The notes below the pieces were generated by a model that was not told the DNA's origin, ran no database searches, and saw only the letters and a program-made list of their open reading frames with translations. Shown here piece by piece: positions 16,381 to 24,000 of a stretch of DNA of 24,000 nucleotides. The first letter of the stretch is position 1. Each line of letters starts with the position of its first letter. Source of the DNA: Planctomycetota bacterium (lineage in GTDB: Bacteria; Planctomycetota; UBA1135); the NCBI GenBank assembly GCA_028821845.1, contig JAPKEZ010000015.1, forward strand, positions 1 through 24,000. The letters run 5' to 3'. A program made the position numbers and the translations under genes.

Positions 16381-16896
16381 ATGACAGATTCCGTCCCCAA
16401 CAATGTGGCTACTGCTGCTACTCACTGCCTTTTAAGCGATTTGGCCGAGGCTGGCCTTAATTTGGCGCCACTATCTCCGGCTGACACTCATATAGATAGT
16501 ACCGGTAAAGCCGAGCCAGTGACAATCATGTTCTTAGGTACCGAAAACAGCCGTGAGGCTAGCGATTTGCTAATCGCCATTGCCGACAAGGGGCTAAACG
16601 TGCCTAAAGACTTTATACACATAAATTTACTGAAGAAGGATGCGCAAACAATTGAATCTACACTCGATGCATACTCCCCACAGCTGATCATCGTTCTTGG
16701 TATAGGAAACGGCATACAACTCTTCCCGAACTATGGTTCTGGCAGCGATATACCTCGTGGCCAGCTGCTGCATTCGAGCTACTGCAGCAATCCGGTCTTG
16801 ATAACCGAATCGCTGAAAGATATGCTGTCCGACCCAGATTCAAAGAAATCCTGTTGGAATGACCTGCAAGCTGCTAAAGAAATCATAAATAATTAG
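16381..16896 (+). CDS. Uracil-DNA-glycosylase-superfamily-like protein with degenerate catalytic motifs
   Basis: 171-aa ORF. IMFLGTENS...LLIAIADKGLNVPKDFIHINLLK...PQLIIVLGIGNG...RGQLL...PVLITESLKDMLSDPDSKKSCWNDL is colinear with family-4 UDG-like proteins (VGEAPG...GL...ItN..K...P..iv.LG...rG......T.HPS.lLR.P..K...W.DL). GEAPG is replaced by GTENS and HPS by ESL. This is pattern recall, not a search result. Confidence 0.45.
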   Translation: MTDSVPNNVATAATHCLLSDLAEAGLNLAPLSPADTHIDSTGKAEPVTIMFLGTENSREASDLLIAIADKGLNVPKDFIHINLLKKDAQTIESTLDAYSPQLIIVLGIGNGIQLFPNYGSGSDIPRGQLLHSSYCSNPVLITESLKDMLSDPDSKKSCWNDLQAAKEIINN

Positions 16897-16916
16897 GATT
16901 ACTAGGCATCTTTCCT

Positions 16917-16944
16917 TTGACGCATCACTCCGCATCGGCATAAT
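16917..16944 (+). promoter_or_regulatory. Candidate sigma70-type promoter of the secretin gene
   Basis: TTGACG (16917..16922)-N16-CATAAT (16939..16944), about 60 nt upstream of the ATG at 17004. Confidence 0.4.
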
Positions 16945-17003
16945 CTTTAGTCCTTAGCGGCCGGTGTAACCGTAGCCATTCCATAAACTTGCAATTCATC
17001 CTG

Positions 17004-19568
17004 ATGCATTACAGCAGAAACTATCTGTTACTAACATTACTGACTTTAAGCGCATGCTCAAGCTCAGAACCTACTTACGCTGACTCAAATGCCACTGATA
17101 GTGGTAGCGAGTCTCAGCGCACTGACTCTGAATTACAGCAAGAAGTCGGCGACGCCATGACTGTTCGCTCTCAGCGCAATGCGTTAATGGCTAGCACTCG
17201 TGTCGAATTAGGCAACGACGCATTCGAGCGTGGTGATTTCCAAGGAGCCGCTACCCATTACGCAGCAGCATCGCTACTCGACCCCAGCAACGTCCAGGCT
17301 CGCGACGGATCTCGCCGTTCACAGGCTGCCCTAGATGGCAATGGTTACGACATCGACTCTGCTGAAAACGTTTTGCAAACTGCACAAGCGCGCGTTACTG
17401 CAAATCGAATCCGAATTGAAGGCATTGTTCGCGACGGCGATAGAGCATTGTCACAGGGGCAATACTCGAAGGCAGCCGAGCACTACTTAATCGCAAAGCA
17501 AGCTGTTGATTACAACCCCAACCTAGCTGTTGGCGCTTTAGACGCAAAGATTGTCAATTCAAAATACGAGCAGGCCATTAGTGCGCGTAATAACTCTGAA
17601 TCGGCAGAGCGCGAAGACATGGCCTGGGCAGCCAAAGCAGAAGCAGCAGTTCTCGAAACTGAGCGCATCAACTACCGTGCCAACCTAATCGCCACTCACC
17701 TGTCTGATGCCAACGAGCATTTCTTAAATGGCTTCCCGGAAAAGACAATTGCGACCCTAGATACACTACTACAAATTGACCCTGGTAATGCCAATGCTAT
17801 TGGCTTACGAGCAATCGCGCTTGAATCTGCTCACCAAAATCGTTCGACGCGAACATCATCGCAATTCCGCGAGCAATGGCAGCGCACATTTGAAGATCTA
17901 CGCCATATCGCTATCCCGACTGATTCTCACTTCGCCTTCGATGTCGATTACTACAATGAAGTGGTCGCTAAGCGCAGTTCGCTCGACTCTACGGGCTCAG
18001 TAAGAATAGTAGATGCTACCGCTCTAAGAATCAACGAAAAGCTTGACAACACAATGATCACTCCTTCTTTCGAGAACTCACTCGAAGAGATTGTGCCTAA
18101 CCTAAGTGCTTTTTCGGGAGTAAACTTCTTCATCACACGTGCTGTCCAGGACGACATAGATGAAGACCTGAAAATGATACGCATCAACTTCAAAAACCCG
18201 CTGCCTATTAGCACCGTACTTCGCATCATGGAAGATGTAATGCTTCGCGAGGTTAAGTTTGTTGTGCGTAATGGCGCTGTTTATGTTGTGACAGCCGACG
18301 AGGCTGACACCGAATCAATTACTCGCCAGTACGAAGTTCGCGACATTGTTAACACGATTAAAGATTTCCCTCTGCCTGACTACAACTTGGCGCCTTCAGG
18401 AGGCATCGAGCCAAGCGAAGAGGAGCTACCAGAGTCAGAGGCTACCGTTCTTACTGCCGACGATCTGCAGACCACTATTGAAGAAAGCATCGAGCCAGAT
18501 TCCTGGGACGGCGAGTTACACTCGCTCAGCATCGAAAACGGCACACTAATTGCCCACCACCGCCCAGAAGTTCTTGATGAGATTGCGCAAATGCTCGAAG
18601 ACCTTCGTGCCCCAGCCAACATCATGGTTGATATTAAGGTTCGATTCTTGCTTGTAGAAGATTCATTCTTAGAAGACGTTGGCGTCGATTTCCGTGGCTT
18701 AGGCGACGACGCTACTTCGGGCGTTCCTGGAGATTCTGGCATCATCAACGAAGTATTTAACGACTTCGGTGACTCAACCAACTATGGTTCTCCTGGTGCA
18801 CCAGGCGTTTTGGGTACCGGCCAGGACATTGGCGCTGCGTACTCTGAGTCTGGCGAAGACTTTCTAGTTATCTCACGCACCGAGCAACTTTACGATAACC
18901 AACTTGGTGACGAAGATTTCCAGGCTTCCGGTGGCTTAGCAATGCAGTACGCATGGCTAGACGACGTAGAGCTGCAAATGATTTTGCGTGCCGTCAAGAA
19001 GTCTAAGCGCTCAGAGCTGGTCATTGAGCCTAGTTTGATGGTTCACAATACTGCGCGCGCTAACTTGGTTGTTGCTAATCAGGTTTCTTACATCTCTGAC
19101 TTCGATGTTGAAATCGCATCATCTGCTTCTATCGCAGACCCGATTGTCTCAGTAGCTAACGACGGCGTCTTCCTTGACGTCCGCCCTGTTGTTACCGCCG
19201 ACCGTCGCTTCGTCTGGATTGACGTCCGCCCTACAGTTGCCAAACTGAAGCGACCTATCGCTACCTTGCAAACATCTCTGGGTACTGGTTCGCCTGTTAA
19301 CCTAATGTTGCCAGAGCTAGAGCTACAAAAAGTTCGTACTCGCGCATTGGTGCCAGATGGAGGAACACTGCTGTTGGGCGGCATGAAGACTGTTATAGAA
19401 CAAAGTCTAGAGTCAGGAGTCCCTTTCTTAAGTGATATCCCAATTCTTTCATTCTTCTTCTCCCGCAAAGGATCGTACGAGACTTACCAGAAGTTGCTGA
19501 TTTTGCTTACCGCTAAAATTATTCTTCCAGAGGAGTACGAGCCTGTCCCGATTCCTGACCGCCTGTAA
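17004..19568 (+). CDS. Secretin-family outer-membrane channel, predicted lipoprotein, with an N-terminal TPR-like module
   Basis: C-terminus GGTLLLGGMKTVIEQSLESGVPFLSDIPILSFFFSRKGSYETYQKLLILLTAKII is the secretin signature (VPxLxDIPxLGxLF...L.I.vTp.I). There is an N0-like domain (ITPSFENSLEEIVPNLSAFSGVNFFI...INFKNPLPISTVLRIMEDV...VVRNGAVYVV) and an N1-like domain (ITRQYEVRDI...IENGTLIAHHRPEVLDEIAQMLEDLR). Three TPR-like repeats lie at about nt 17205..17830. The signal peptide has the lipobox LSAC (Cys18 counted from the ATG at 17004). The ORF track begins at a TTG (16989). Confidence 0.85.
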   Translation: MHYSRNYLLLTLLTLSACSSSEPTYADSNATDSGSESQRTDSELQQEVGDAMTVRSQRNALMASTRVELGNDAFERGDFQGAATHYAAASLLDPSNVQARDGSRRSQAALDGNGYDIDSAENVLQTAQARVTANRIRIEGIVRDGDRALSQGQYSKAAEHYLIAKQAVDYNPNLAVGALDAKIVNSKYEQAISARNNSESAEREDMAWAAKAEAAVLETERINYRANLIATHLSDANEHFLNGFPEKTIATLDTLLQIDPGNANAIGLRAIALESAHQNRSTRTSSQFREQWQRTFEDLRHIAIPTDSHFAFDVDYYNEVVAKRSSLDSTGSVRIVDATALRINEKLDNTMITPSFENSLEEIVPNLSAFSGVNFFITRAVQDDIDEDLKMIRINFKNPLPISTVLRIMEDVMLREVKFVVRNGAVYVVTADEADTESITRQYEVRDIVNTIKDFPLPDYNLAPSGGIEPSEEELPESEATVLTADDLQTTIEESIEPDSWDGELHSLSIENGTLIAHHRPEVLDEIAQMLEDLRAPANIMVDIKVRFLLVEDSFLEDVGVDFRGLGDDATSGVPGDSGIINEVFNDFGDSTNYGSPGAPGVLGTGQDIGAAYSESGEDFLVISRTEQLYDNQLGDEDFQASGGLAMQYAWLDDVELQMILRAVKKSKRSELVIEPSLMVHNTARANLVVANQVSYISDFDVEIASSASIADPIVSVANDGVFLDVRPVVTADRRFVWIDVRPTVAKLKRPIATLQTSLGTGSPVNLMLPELELQKVRTRALVPDGGTLLLGGMKTVIEQSLESGVPFLSDIPILSFFFSRKGSYETYQKLLILLTAKIILPEEYEPVPIPDRL

Positions 19569-19588
19569 GAAAACATGAAACTGTGCTG

Positions 19589-19618
19589 CCGGAGACGTCT
19601 ATACGTCTCCGGCTTTTT
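19589..19618 (+). terminator. Rho-independent terminator after the secretin gene
   Basis: Perfect 10-bp stem CCGGAGACGT (19589..19598) / ACGTCTCCGG (19603..19612) with a 4-nt loop, followed by CTTTTT. It begins 21 nt after the stop codon. Confidence 0.75.
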
Positions 19619-19652
19619 CAAAGCCCCCTCTCGAAAACTAATTCTGCTCTAA

Positions 19653-22520
19653 ATGATTACTGGGATTACCCTTTGCCTCATGTTCGCCCTGCCTCAGCAA
19701 GGCGGCTCAGACCTTCTAGCCTCTAAAAACGCTGATGCGGCTCGCGCGATTACAGCCGAGTTTGGTCTCGACTACTGGTCCGGAAAATTGGTCGAGCGCT
19801 CTCTTGCCTCTGCTACATCTGCAGATGGTAAGTCTGATTTGTTACTAGCGCGCTGTGACGTGTTGCGCATGGTTGCCGGCCGTAAGCTTGACGAGCTCGA
19901 GCGTCTCTTCTCCCTTGGCGAAGCAGGTGAAGCTTACTCCGCCTATCTCGATAGTGGACCAAGCTCATCGCGTGCAACAAAAGCGCAATCAAATCTTGGA
20001 ACCTTGGCCTTCATTTACGGCCAAACTTTAGTCCAACTTATCAACAGTGGCGGCATTGGCAGTGTCGACTTGGTTAAAGCAAGCGAGCAAGCCGAGGGAA
20101 TATTCAAGGCAGCATTGTCCGGCATGAACTCTGTAATTTCATGGTGGGAAAATCTCTCTGACGATGATCCTGAGAAAGCTAGCGCCGAATACACTGACTA
20201 CCTACCTTCTGTCTACAACCGAGCGCTCGTCTACCGCTATTGGTCAGAGCTATATGAAAAGGATTCGCTAGACCGTGGCCAAAAGGCTGAAAAGGCGATT
20301 GACCTACTTTCAGAATTTGCTTTGGGAGCACCCTTCTTACCGCAGCAGCGCGCTTACTCAGCCCTTGCCGACTGTTTTGCTGTTATTGGTGAATACGAAG
20401 ATGCTGCCGATTATTATATGTACGTAACTGAGCAAGTTACTGACCTTATCGACCAAGAGGGTAACAACCTAGGACTCAGCTACGTTGCCCAACTTCAAGA
20501 TGCTAGCCAAGAGTCAATGCTCGGCATGGCAAAAATGTACCAACGCAGCAACAACATAGTCAGTTTCTGGGACACCTACAACGACTTCGAAGCCTGGGTA
20601 GCTAATAACGAGGTAGCGGTTAGTCGCATGGGGTACACTCTGCGCCTATCTGCTGCCAGGCAAATGGTTATTGAAGGGCGCTCGGCTGAAGCAATCAACC
20701 TGGCTTCAGCTGTTGCCGCAGCGAACGAACGTAATATGTTGCGGCTACAGGCTAACTCGGTTATGGGTCGCGCTATTTCATTAGCTCCTGCCGACGCCGA
20801 CATTTCACTTGATATCCTTTACAGTTCTGCCGAGGGAGCTTACTTTCAAAAGCGTTTCGCAGACGCTGTCGATGGCTTCCGCTTGCTGGTCCCACGACTA
20901 AACGCGTCAAGTGAAGAAATAGGCGCAAAGGCATACTACTATCTAGGTCTTTCATGGTCGAAACAGAACGAGGCTTTGCTAGCAATGGTGAGTCACCAAG
21001 TTGGTTACCAGAGCTATCCGGAACACGAAGAATTCGCTCTTAAAAATGCTGATAAGTGGCAGAAAGCTGCTGAGAAGCTTTCTATAGATAACCCTAACGA
21101 CGAGATACTTAGAGAATTCAGCAATGAAGCTACGGTGGCAGTGCAGGTCTTGGGCGGAGGCGGAGACAACCTAGAATGGAACCAGGCAAAGCAATTGCTC
21201 AAGCTCGCAAAGTCGTCCGCGCGTGCCGCTAATGGCACCGAGTCAGGAAGCACCGAATCACGTAAAGCAGCTGCGGCGTTCCAACGGGCGATAGAATCGC
21301 TGGGCAAAATCCCTAGTGATAACGGTTACTACGAACTAGCTCTTGTCGCTACCGGCATTGCTGAATACGACGCAAGCGAATTTGACGCAACATCTTCAGC
21401 GCGCTCAACAGCAATCCTCAGTGACTATGTGAATAACTACATCACTGACGAAGCTAATGCCCCGAAAGATCCATTGCAGCGAAAGGTTCGCAAAGACAAA
21501 GAACCCGAAGCTGTGTTCTATCTTGGTTTAGCGCAGCGCCGTGATAGTAATAGCATTGGTGTGCTAAGTAGCTTTGAAGATTTCCTTAATCGCTACCCTT
21601 CGCAGCCATCCCTCGCTTTCGCGACGATGACATACCGCATTGAAGCATTCATACTGCTAAACGACATCAATGGCGCTATAGCTGAATACGAGGCCATGCA
21701 TGAAATAGAAGCTAGTGGCGCTCGTATTGCAATCGGCGCTTACTACATTTATAAGCACTACAATAAGCTTTCGTCTACGGCAGAGGGTGCAATGCCAAGC
21801 CTCGACACTATTAATCTCAGAATGGCGCAAGAAGCAAAGTACCTGCACGATTTTAACTATTACTCTACCTCGCCGCGTTGGCAGAACTTGATTGGCGAAG
21901 CTGATCTACTGAGGAGAATAGGCAACAACGTTGATGCGAGCAAGATGTACGAATTGGTTTTAAACAAGCATTCGTCAGCTAGTGACTTCACCGATGCCTT
22001 CCGCTTTAAAGTTGAAATAGGCTATGTCGAATCCATGCTAGAGCAAGGTCAAATCGGACGCGCTGTAGCGATTATTGACTCACTGCTTGAATCTCGCCCA
22101 AAGAATCTTCGAGTAAAAACAGCTGCCGTGAAAGTGAAGGCCGGCTTCTTGCTTTATGACCCTAGCGAGACTCGACTACGAGATCAAATACGTGTTATTC
22201 CTGGTGAGCTTTCTCCAGAAGCCCTCGCCACAGCTTCGGAACTAGCTAACTCCATTGTGAAGATTGCAACGTTTCAGGCTAATGACTTCGTGGCTGCCGA
22301 CCCCGATAACTCTGGCAACAAGTACTACTACCCCGAATGGTGGGAAGCGCAAGTCACTCAAGCTTTTGTGATGTACCAACGTAACCGAACTAACCCTGCC
22401 GACATGGGCAAGCACATTACATTCGTTAATGCTCTTAGTCTTCAAGCGCCGAATCTGGGCAAAGACGTTGCCGGGCCTCGAGTCGCAGCTTCTCTGAAAT
22501 GGATTTTATCACAGAAATAA
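19653..22520 (+). CDS. Large TPR-like/helical-repeat protein, probably exported
   Basis: 955-aa ORF, Ala/Leu/Tyr-rich and predicted helical. TPR-like segments include GEYEDAADYYMYV, AKAYYYLGLSWSKQNE, EAVFYLGLAQRRD, FEDFLNRYPSQPSLAFATMTYRIEAF and GQIGRAVAIIDSLLESRPKN. Short uncharged hydrophobic N-terminus (MITGITLCLMFALP). An in-frame stop lies immediately upstream of the ATG. Confidence 0.7.
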   Translation: MITGITLCLMFALPQQGGSDLLASKNADAARAITAEFGLDYWSGKLVERSLASATSADGKSDLLLARCDVLRMVAGRKLDELERLFSLGEAGEAYSAYLDSGPSSSRATKAQSNLGTLAFIYGQTLVQLINSGGIGSVDLVKASEQAEGIFKAALSGMNSVISWWENLSDDDPEKASAEYTDYLPSVYNRALVYRYWSELYEKDSLDRGQKAEKAIDLLSEFALGAPFLPQQRAYSALADCFAVIGEYEDAADYYMYVTEQVTDLIDQEGNNLGLSYVAQLQDASQESMLGMAKMYQRSNNIVSFWDTYNDFEAWVANNEVAVSRMGYTLRLSAARQMVIEGRSAEAINLASAVAAANERNMLRLQANSVMGRAISLAPADADISLDILYSSAEGAYFQKRFADAVDGFRLLVPRLNASSEEIGAKAYYYLGLSWSKQNEALLAMVSHQVGYQSYPEHEEFALKNADKWQKAAEKLSIDNPNDEILREFSNEATVAVQVLGGGGDNLEWNQAKQLLKLAKSSARAANGTESGSTESRKAAAAFQRAIESLGKIPSDNGYYELALVATGIAEYDASEFDATSSARSTAILSDYVNNYITDEANAPKDPLQRKVRKDKEPEAVFYLGLAQRRDSNSIGVLSSFEDFLNRYPSQPSLAFATMTYRIEAFILLNDINGAIAEYEAMHEIEASGARIAIGAYYIYKHYNKLSSTAEGAMPSLDTINLRMAQEAKYLHDFNYYSTSPRWQNLIGEADLLRRIGNNVDASKMYELVLNKHSSASDFTDAFRFKVEIGYVESMLEQGQIGRAVAIIDSLLESRPKNLRVKTAAVKVKAGFLLYDPSETRLRDQIRVIPGELSPEALATASELANSIVKIATFQANDFVAADPDNSGNKYYYPEWWEAQVTQAFVMYQRNRTNPADMGKHITFVNALSLQAPNLGKDVAGPRVAASLKWILSQK

Positions 22521-22524
22521 CATC

Positions 22525-23589
22525 ATGATTTTAACCACGATATCATTAGTACTTTTTGCTGCTCAATCACGAGTAGATTTGCTTGATGGCTCAAAAGTTT
22601 TTGGCGAAATTTCCGACATAAACTTAAATGCAGTAACTATTGTTGTTGATGGCTCAGAAGACGCTACTGTCATAGCTAACGAAAACATCCTCGAAGTCGT
22701 TCCGGCGGCAACGGCATTAATGCGCCAAGCTCAAATTTCTCTTGACGCCCTTGACTTCATGAATGCTAGCAATGCTTTTGCCGAAGCTGCTTCTAAGTCA
22801 GAAGACGGTTACATGAAAAAGTTTGCCGAGCTACGCAATGCAGAAACTCTAGTGTCTTGGGCAAAAGTTGACCCCGCGCAATATGGTGCCGCGATCGCTC
22901 TACTCAATTCTTGGGTAAGTGAAAATTCTCGCTCATTCTGGTTACCTCGCGCACAGATGTCATTGGCTCGTGCCTTGGCGAACACTGGCGACATTGACGG
23001 CGCTGCTTCAATGATGGAAGAACTGTCAAATTTAGCTTTCGCCGAGACACTGGCTCGCCACATCGAGATTCAAGCTAACGTTATTCGCTGTGAAGCATTT
23101 CTGATTGGCGGACAAGCTCAGTCTGCGCAAAGTCGCCTTAGTTCTCTCAAGGATACCTTAGGCAGTATGATTCGCAATGCTGAAACACCATCTGCTCTTC
23201 TAAGCAAGGCGCGGGGTCTTCACTCTCAGGTACAAATCCTAAATGGTCAGGCTATTCAAGCCATCGAGGGCGTAAATGCTTCTCAGGCCTACTGGAAAGA
23301 GTTAGCCGATGGCGAGTCAACGAGACCTGTCGTGCGCTCTGCTGCTTGGCTAGGCCTAGCAGAAGCTGCCATTGAAGCAAATGAGCTGCGTTCAGCGCAA
23401 TTACAGTTAGCGAAAATTGTAGCCGTAATGCCAGCTTCACCTAATGTTACACCGCAAGCGCTATATAAATTAGCAGTTGTGAGCGCCTCACTCGAAGACA
23501 CAAAGTCTTCACGTTCGGCAGCCATGCGCCTGACAACTAATTACCCTAACTCAACTTGGGCAATAAAAGCCAACTCTGAAGGTCTATAA
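22525..23589 (+). CDS. TPR-like protein with a small N-terminal beta-rich domain, probably exported
   Basis: 354-aa ORF starting 4 nt after the previous stop. N-terminal hydrophobic segment MILTTISLVLFAAQS, then helical repeats. The C-terminal RSAAMRLTTNYPNSTWAIKA resembles the YPxSxxAxxA ending of CpoB(YbgF)/BamD-type TPR repeats. Confidence 0.65.
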   Translation: MILTTISLVLFAAQSRVDLLDGSKVFGEISDINLNAVTIVVDGSEDATVIANENILEVVPAATALMRQAQISLDALDFMNASNAFAEAASKSEDGYMKKFAELRNAETLVSWAKVDPAQYGAAIALLNSWVSENSRSFWLPRAQMSLARALANTGDIDGAASMMEELSNLAFAETLARHIEIQANVIRCEAFLIGGQAQSAQSRLSSLKDTLGSMIRNAETPSALLSKARGLHSQVQILNGQAIQAIEGVNASQAYWKELADGESTRPVVRSAAWLGLAEAAIEANELRSAQLQLAKIVAVMPASPNVTPQALYKLAVVSASLEDTKSSRSAAMRLTTNYPNSTWAIKANSEGL

Positions 23590-23658
23590 ACCTCATGAGA
23601 TTGCTAGAATCGACACCTCAAACTGCGGCGACTCTCCCGTAAAAAACAAACCATAATC

Positions 23659-24000
23659 ATGTCAAAAGTTCGTAACTTCATCCCAGCTCTAGCTGGCGTA
23701 CTACTAACCGCACCTCAACTGCTTGCAGCAGACGACGGTGGTGCATCCATCATCGACGGCATCAAAAGTGCTGGTATAATTGGTGCCTTCATTATTCTTA
23801 TGTCTGTCGTCGCTATGGCATTGGTAATCGAGCACTTCATGACCATCAAGCGTGACAAGCTAGCTCCAACAGAGCTTTTCGAAGAACTTGAAGAATTGTT
23901 CGCCGACAACAACCACGCAGAAGCAAAAGAACTCTGCGAAGCTGACCCTTGCTACCTGACAAATGTGGTTCGCGAAGGCATCATTAAAATCGGACACCCA
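23659..24000 (+). CDS. MotA/TolQ/ExbB-family proton-channel protein (5' part; continues past the window end)
   Basis: Not in the ORF track because it is open at the window edge. My translation from the ATG at 23659 is MSKVRNFIPALAGVLLTAPQLLAADDGGASIIDGIKSAGIIGAFIILMSVVAMALVIEHFMTIKRDKLAPTELFEELEELFADNNHAEAKELCEADPCYLTNVVREGIIKIGHP. It shows a signal-like N-terminus, a first TM helix, then the ...IE+f..l+r....P..f...l..l...g....A..lC......L..v+..G loop typical of ExbB/TolQ proteins. In frame to the last base. Confidence 0.72.
   Translation, partial: MSKVRNFIPALAGVLLTAPQLLAADDGGASIIDGIKSAGIIGAFIILMSVVAMALVIEHFMTIKRDKLAPTELFEELEELFADNNHAEAKELCEADPCYLTNVVREGIIKIGHP

Noticed and set aside
16989-17003. 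TTG start at 16989 for the secretin (MQFIL extension).
   Set aside because: The ATG at 17004 gives a standard lipoprotein signal peptide (MHYSRNYLLLTLLTLSAC). The 5 extra residues add nothing and rely on a rare start codon.
19174-19232. Exact 14-nt direct repeat TTGACGTCCGCCCT (19174..19187 and 19219..19232) inside the secretin gene.
   Set aside because: It is in frame, 15 codons apart, and encodes the duplicated (L/I)DVRP(V/T)V strand motif expected in the secretin core. It is not an insertion scar or a mobile-element repeat.
23595-23642. 15-codon ORF (MRLLESTPQTAATLP) in the 69-nt gap before the ExbB-like gene.
   Set aside because: It is too short, has no recognisable ribosome-binding context or conservation evidence, and is most likely chance. 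It is noted only as a possible leader peptide to check by Ribo-seq.
17776-23912. Minus-strand and alternative-frame plus-strand ORFs overlapping the secretin, TPR and ExbB genes (for example 17776..18003, 17951..18229, 18380..18781, 19088..19468, 21014..21307, 23715..23912).
   Set aside because: Same reasoning. They are nested in long genes with coherent domain content and have Ser/Arg-rich nonsense-like translations.
1-24000. Looked for CRISPR arrays, tRNA/rRNA genes, IS elements or inverted terminal repeats, integrases, toxin-antitoxin pairs and defence-island-type genes.
   Set aside because: None found. Intergenic space totals only a few hundred nt (the largest gaps are 162, 107, 84 and 69 nt) and is accounted for by promoters and terminators. 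No ORF shows transposase, integrase or nuclease hallmarks.

Overview
This is a bacterial chromosomal window that is almost entirely coding, with a strand switch near 16.35 kb.

Minus strand (1..16331):
- It carries a tightly packed division/cell-wall (dcw) cluster: mraZ, rsmH, ftsL-like, ftsI, murE, murF, mraY, ftsW, a double-LysM gene, murG, murC and murB (partial).
- Upstream is a separate operon ending in a hairpin terminator. It encodes a SPOR-like membrane protein, a small basic protein, a QueE-like radical-SAM enzyme, the GTPase Der, an exported protein and a Cys4 zinc-ribbon protein.

Plus strand (16381..24000):
- It encodes a UDG-fold protein with degenerate catalytic motifs.
- Next is a lipoprotein secretin with an N-terminal TPR module, bracketed by its own promoter-like element and a strong terminator.
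- It ends with two large TPR/helical-repeat proteins and the 5' part of a MotA/TolQ/ExbB proton-channel gene.

I saw no rRNA, tRNA, CRISPR, transposase, integrase or phage genes.

Points worth a second look:
1. The secretin + TPR + ExbB/TolQ neighbourhood has no T2SS, T4P or Tad partner genes in view.
2. The dcw cluster has no murD at the canonical mraY|ftsW junction (the gap is only 6 nt). It carries a translationally coupled double-LysM membrane protein between ftsW and murG.
3. Three GTGGGG boxes sit at exact 21-bp spacing over the putative mraZ promoter.

The small basic protein and the style of the secretin hint at the PVC superphylum, but this is unverified. Most of the window is ordinary housekeeping, and all novelty claims are hypotheses that need database and genome-context checks I cannot run.
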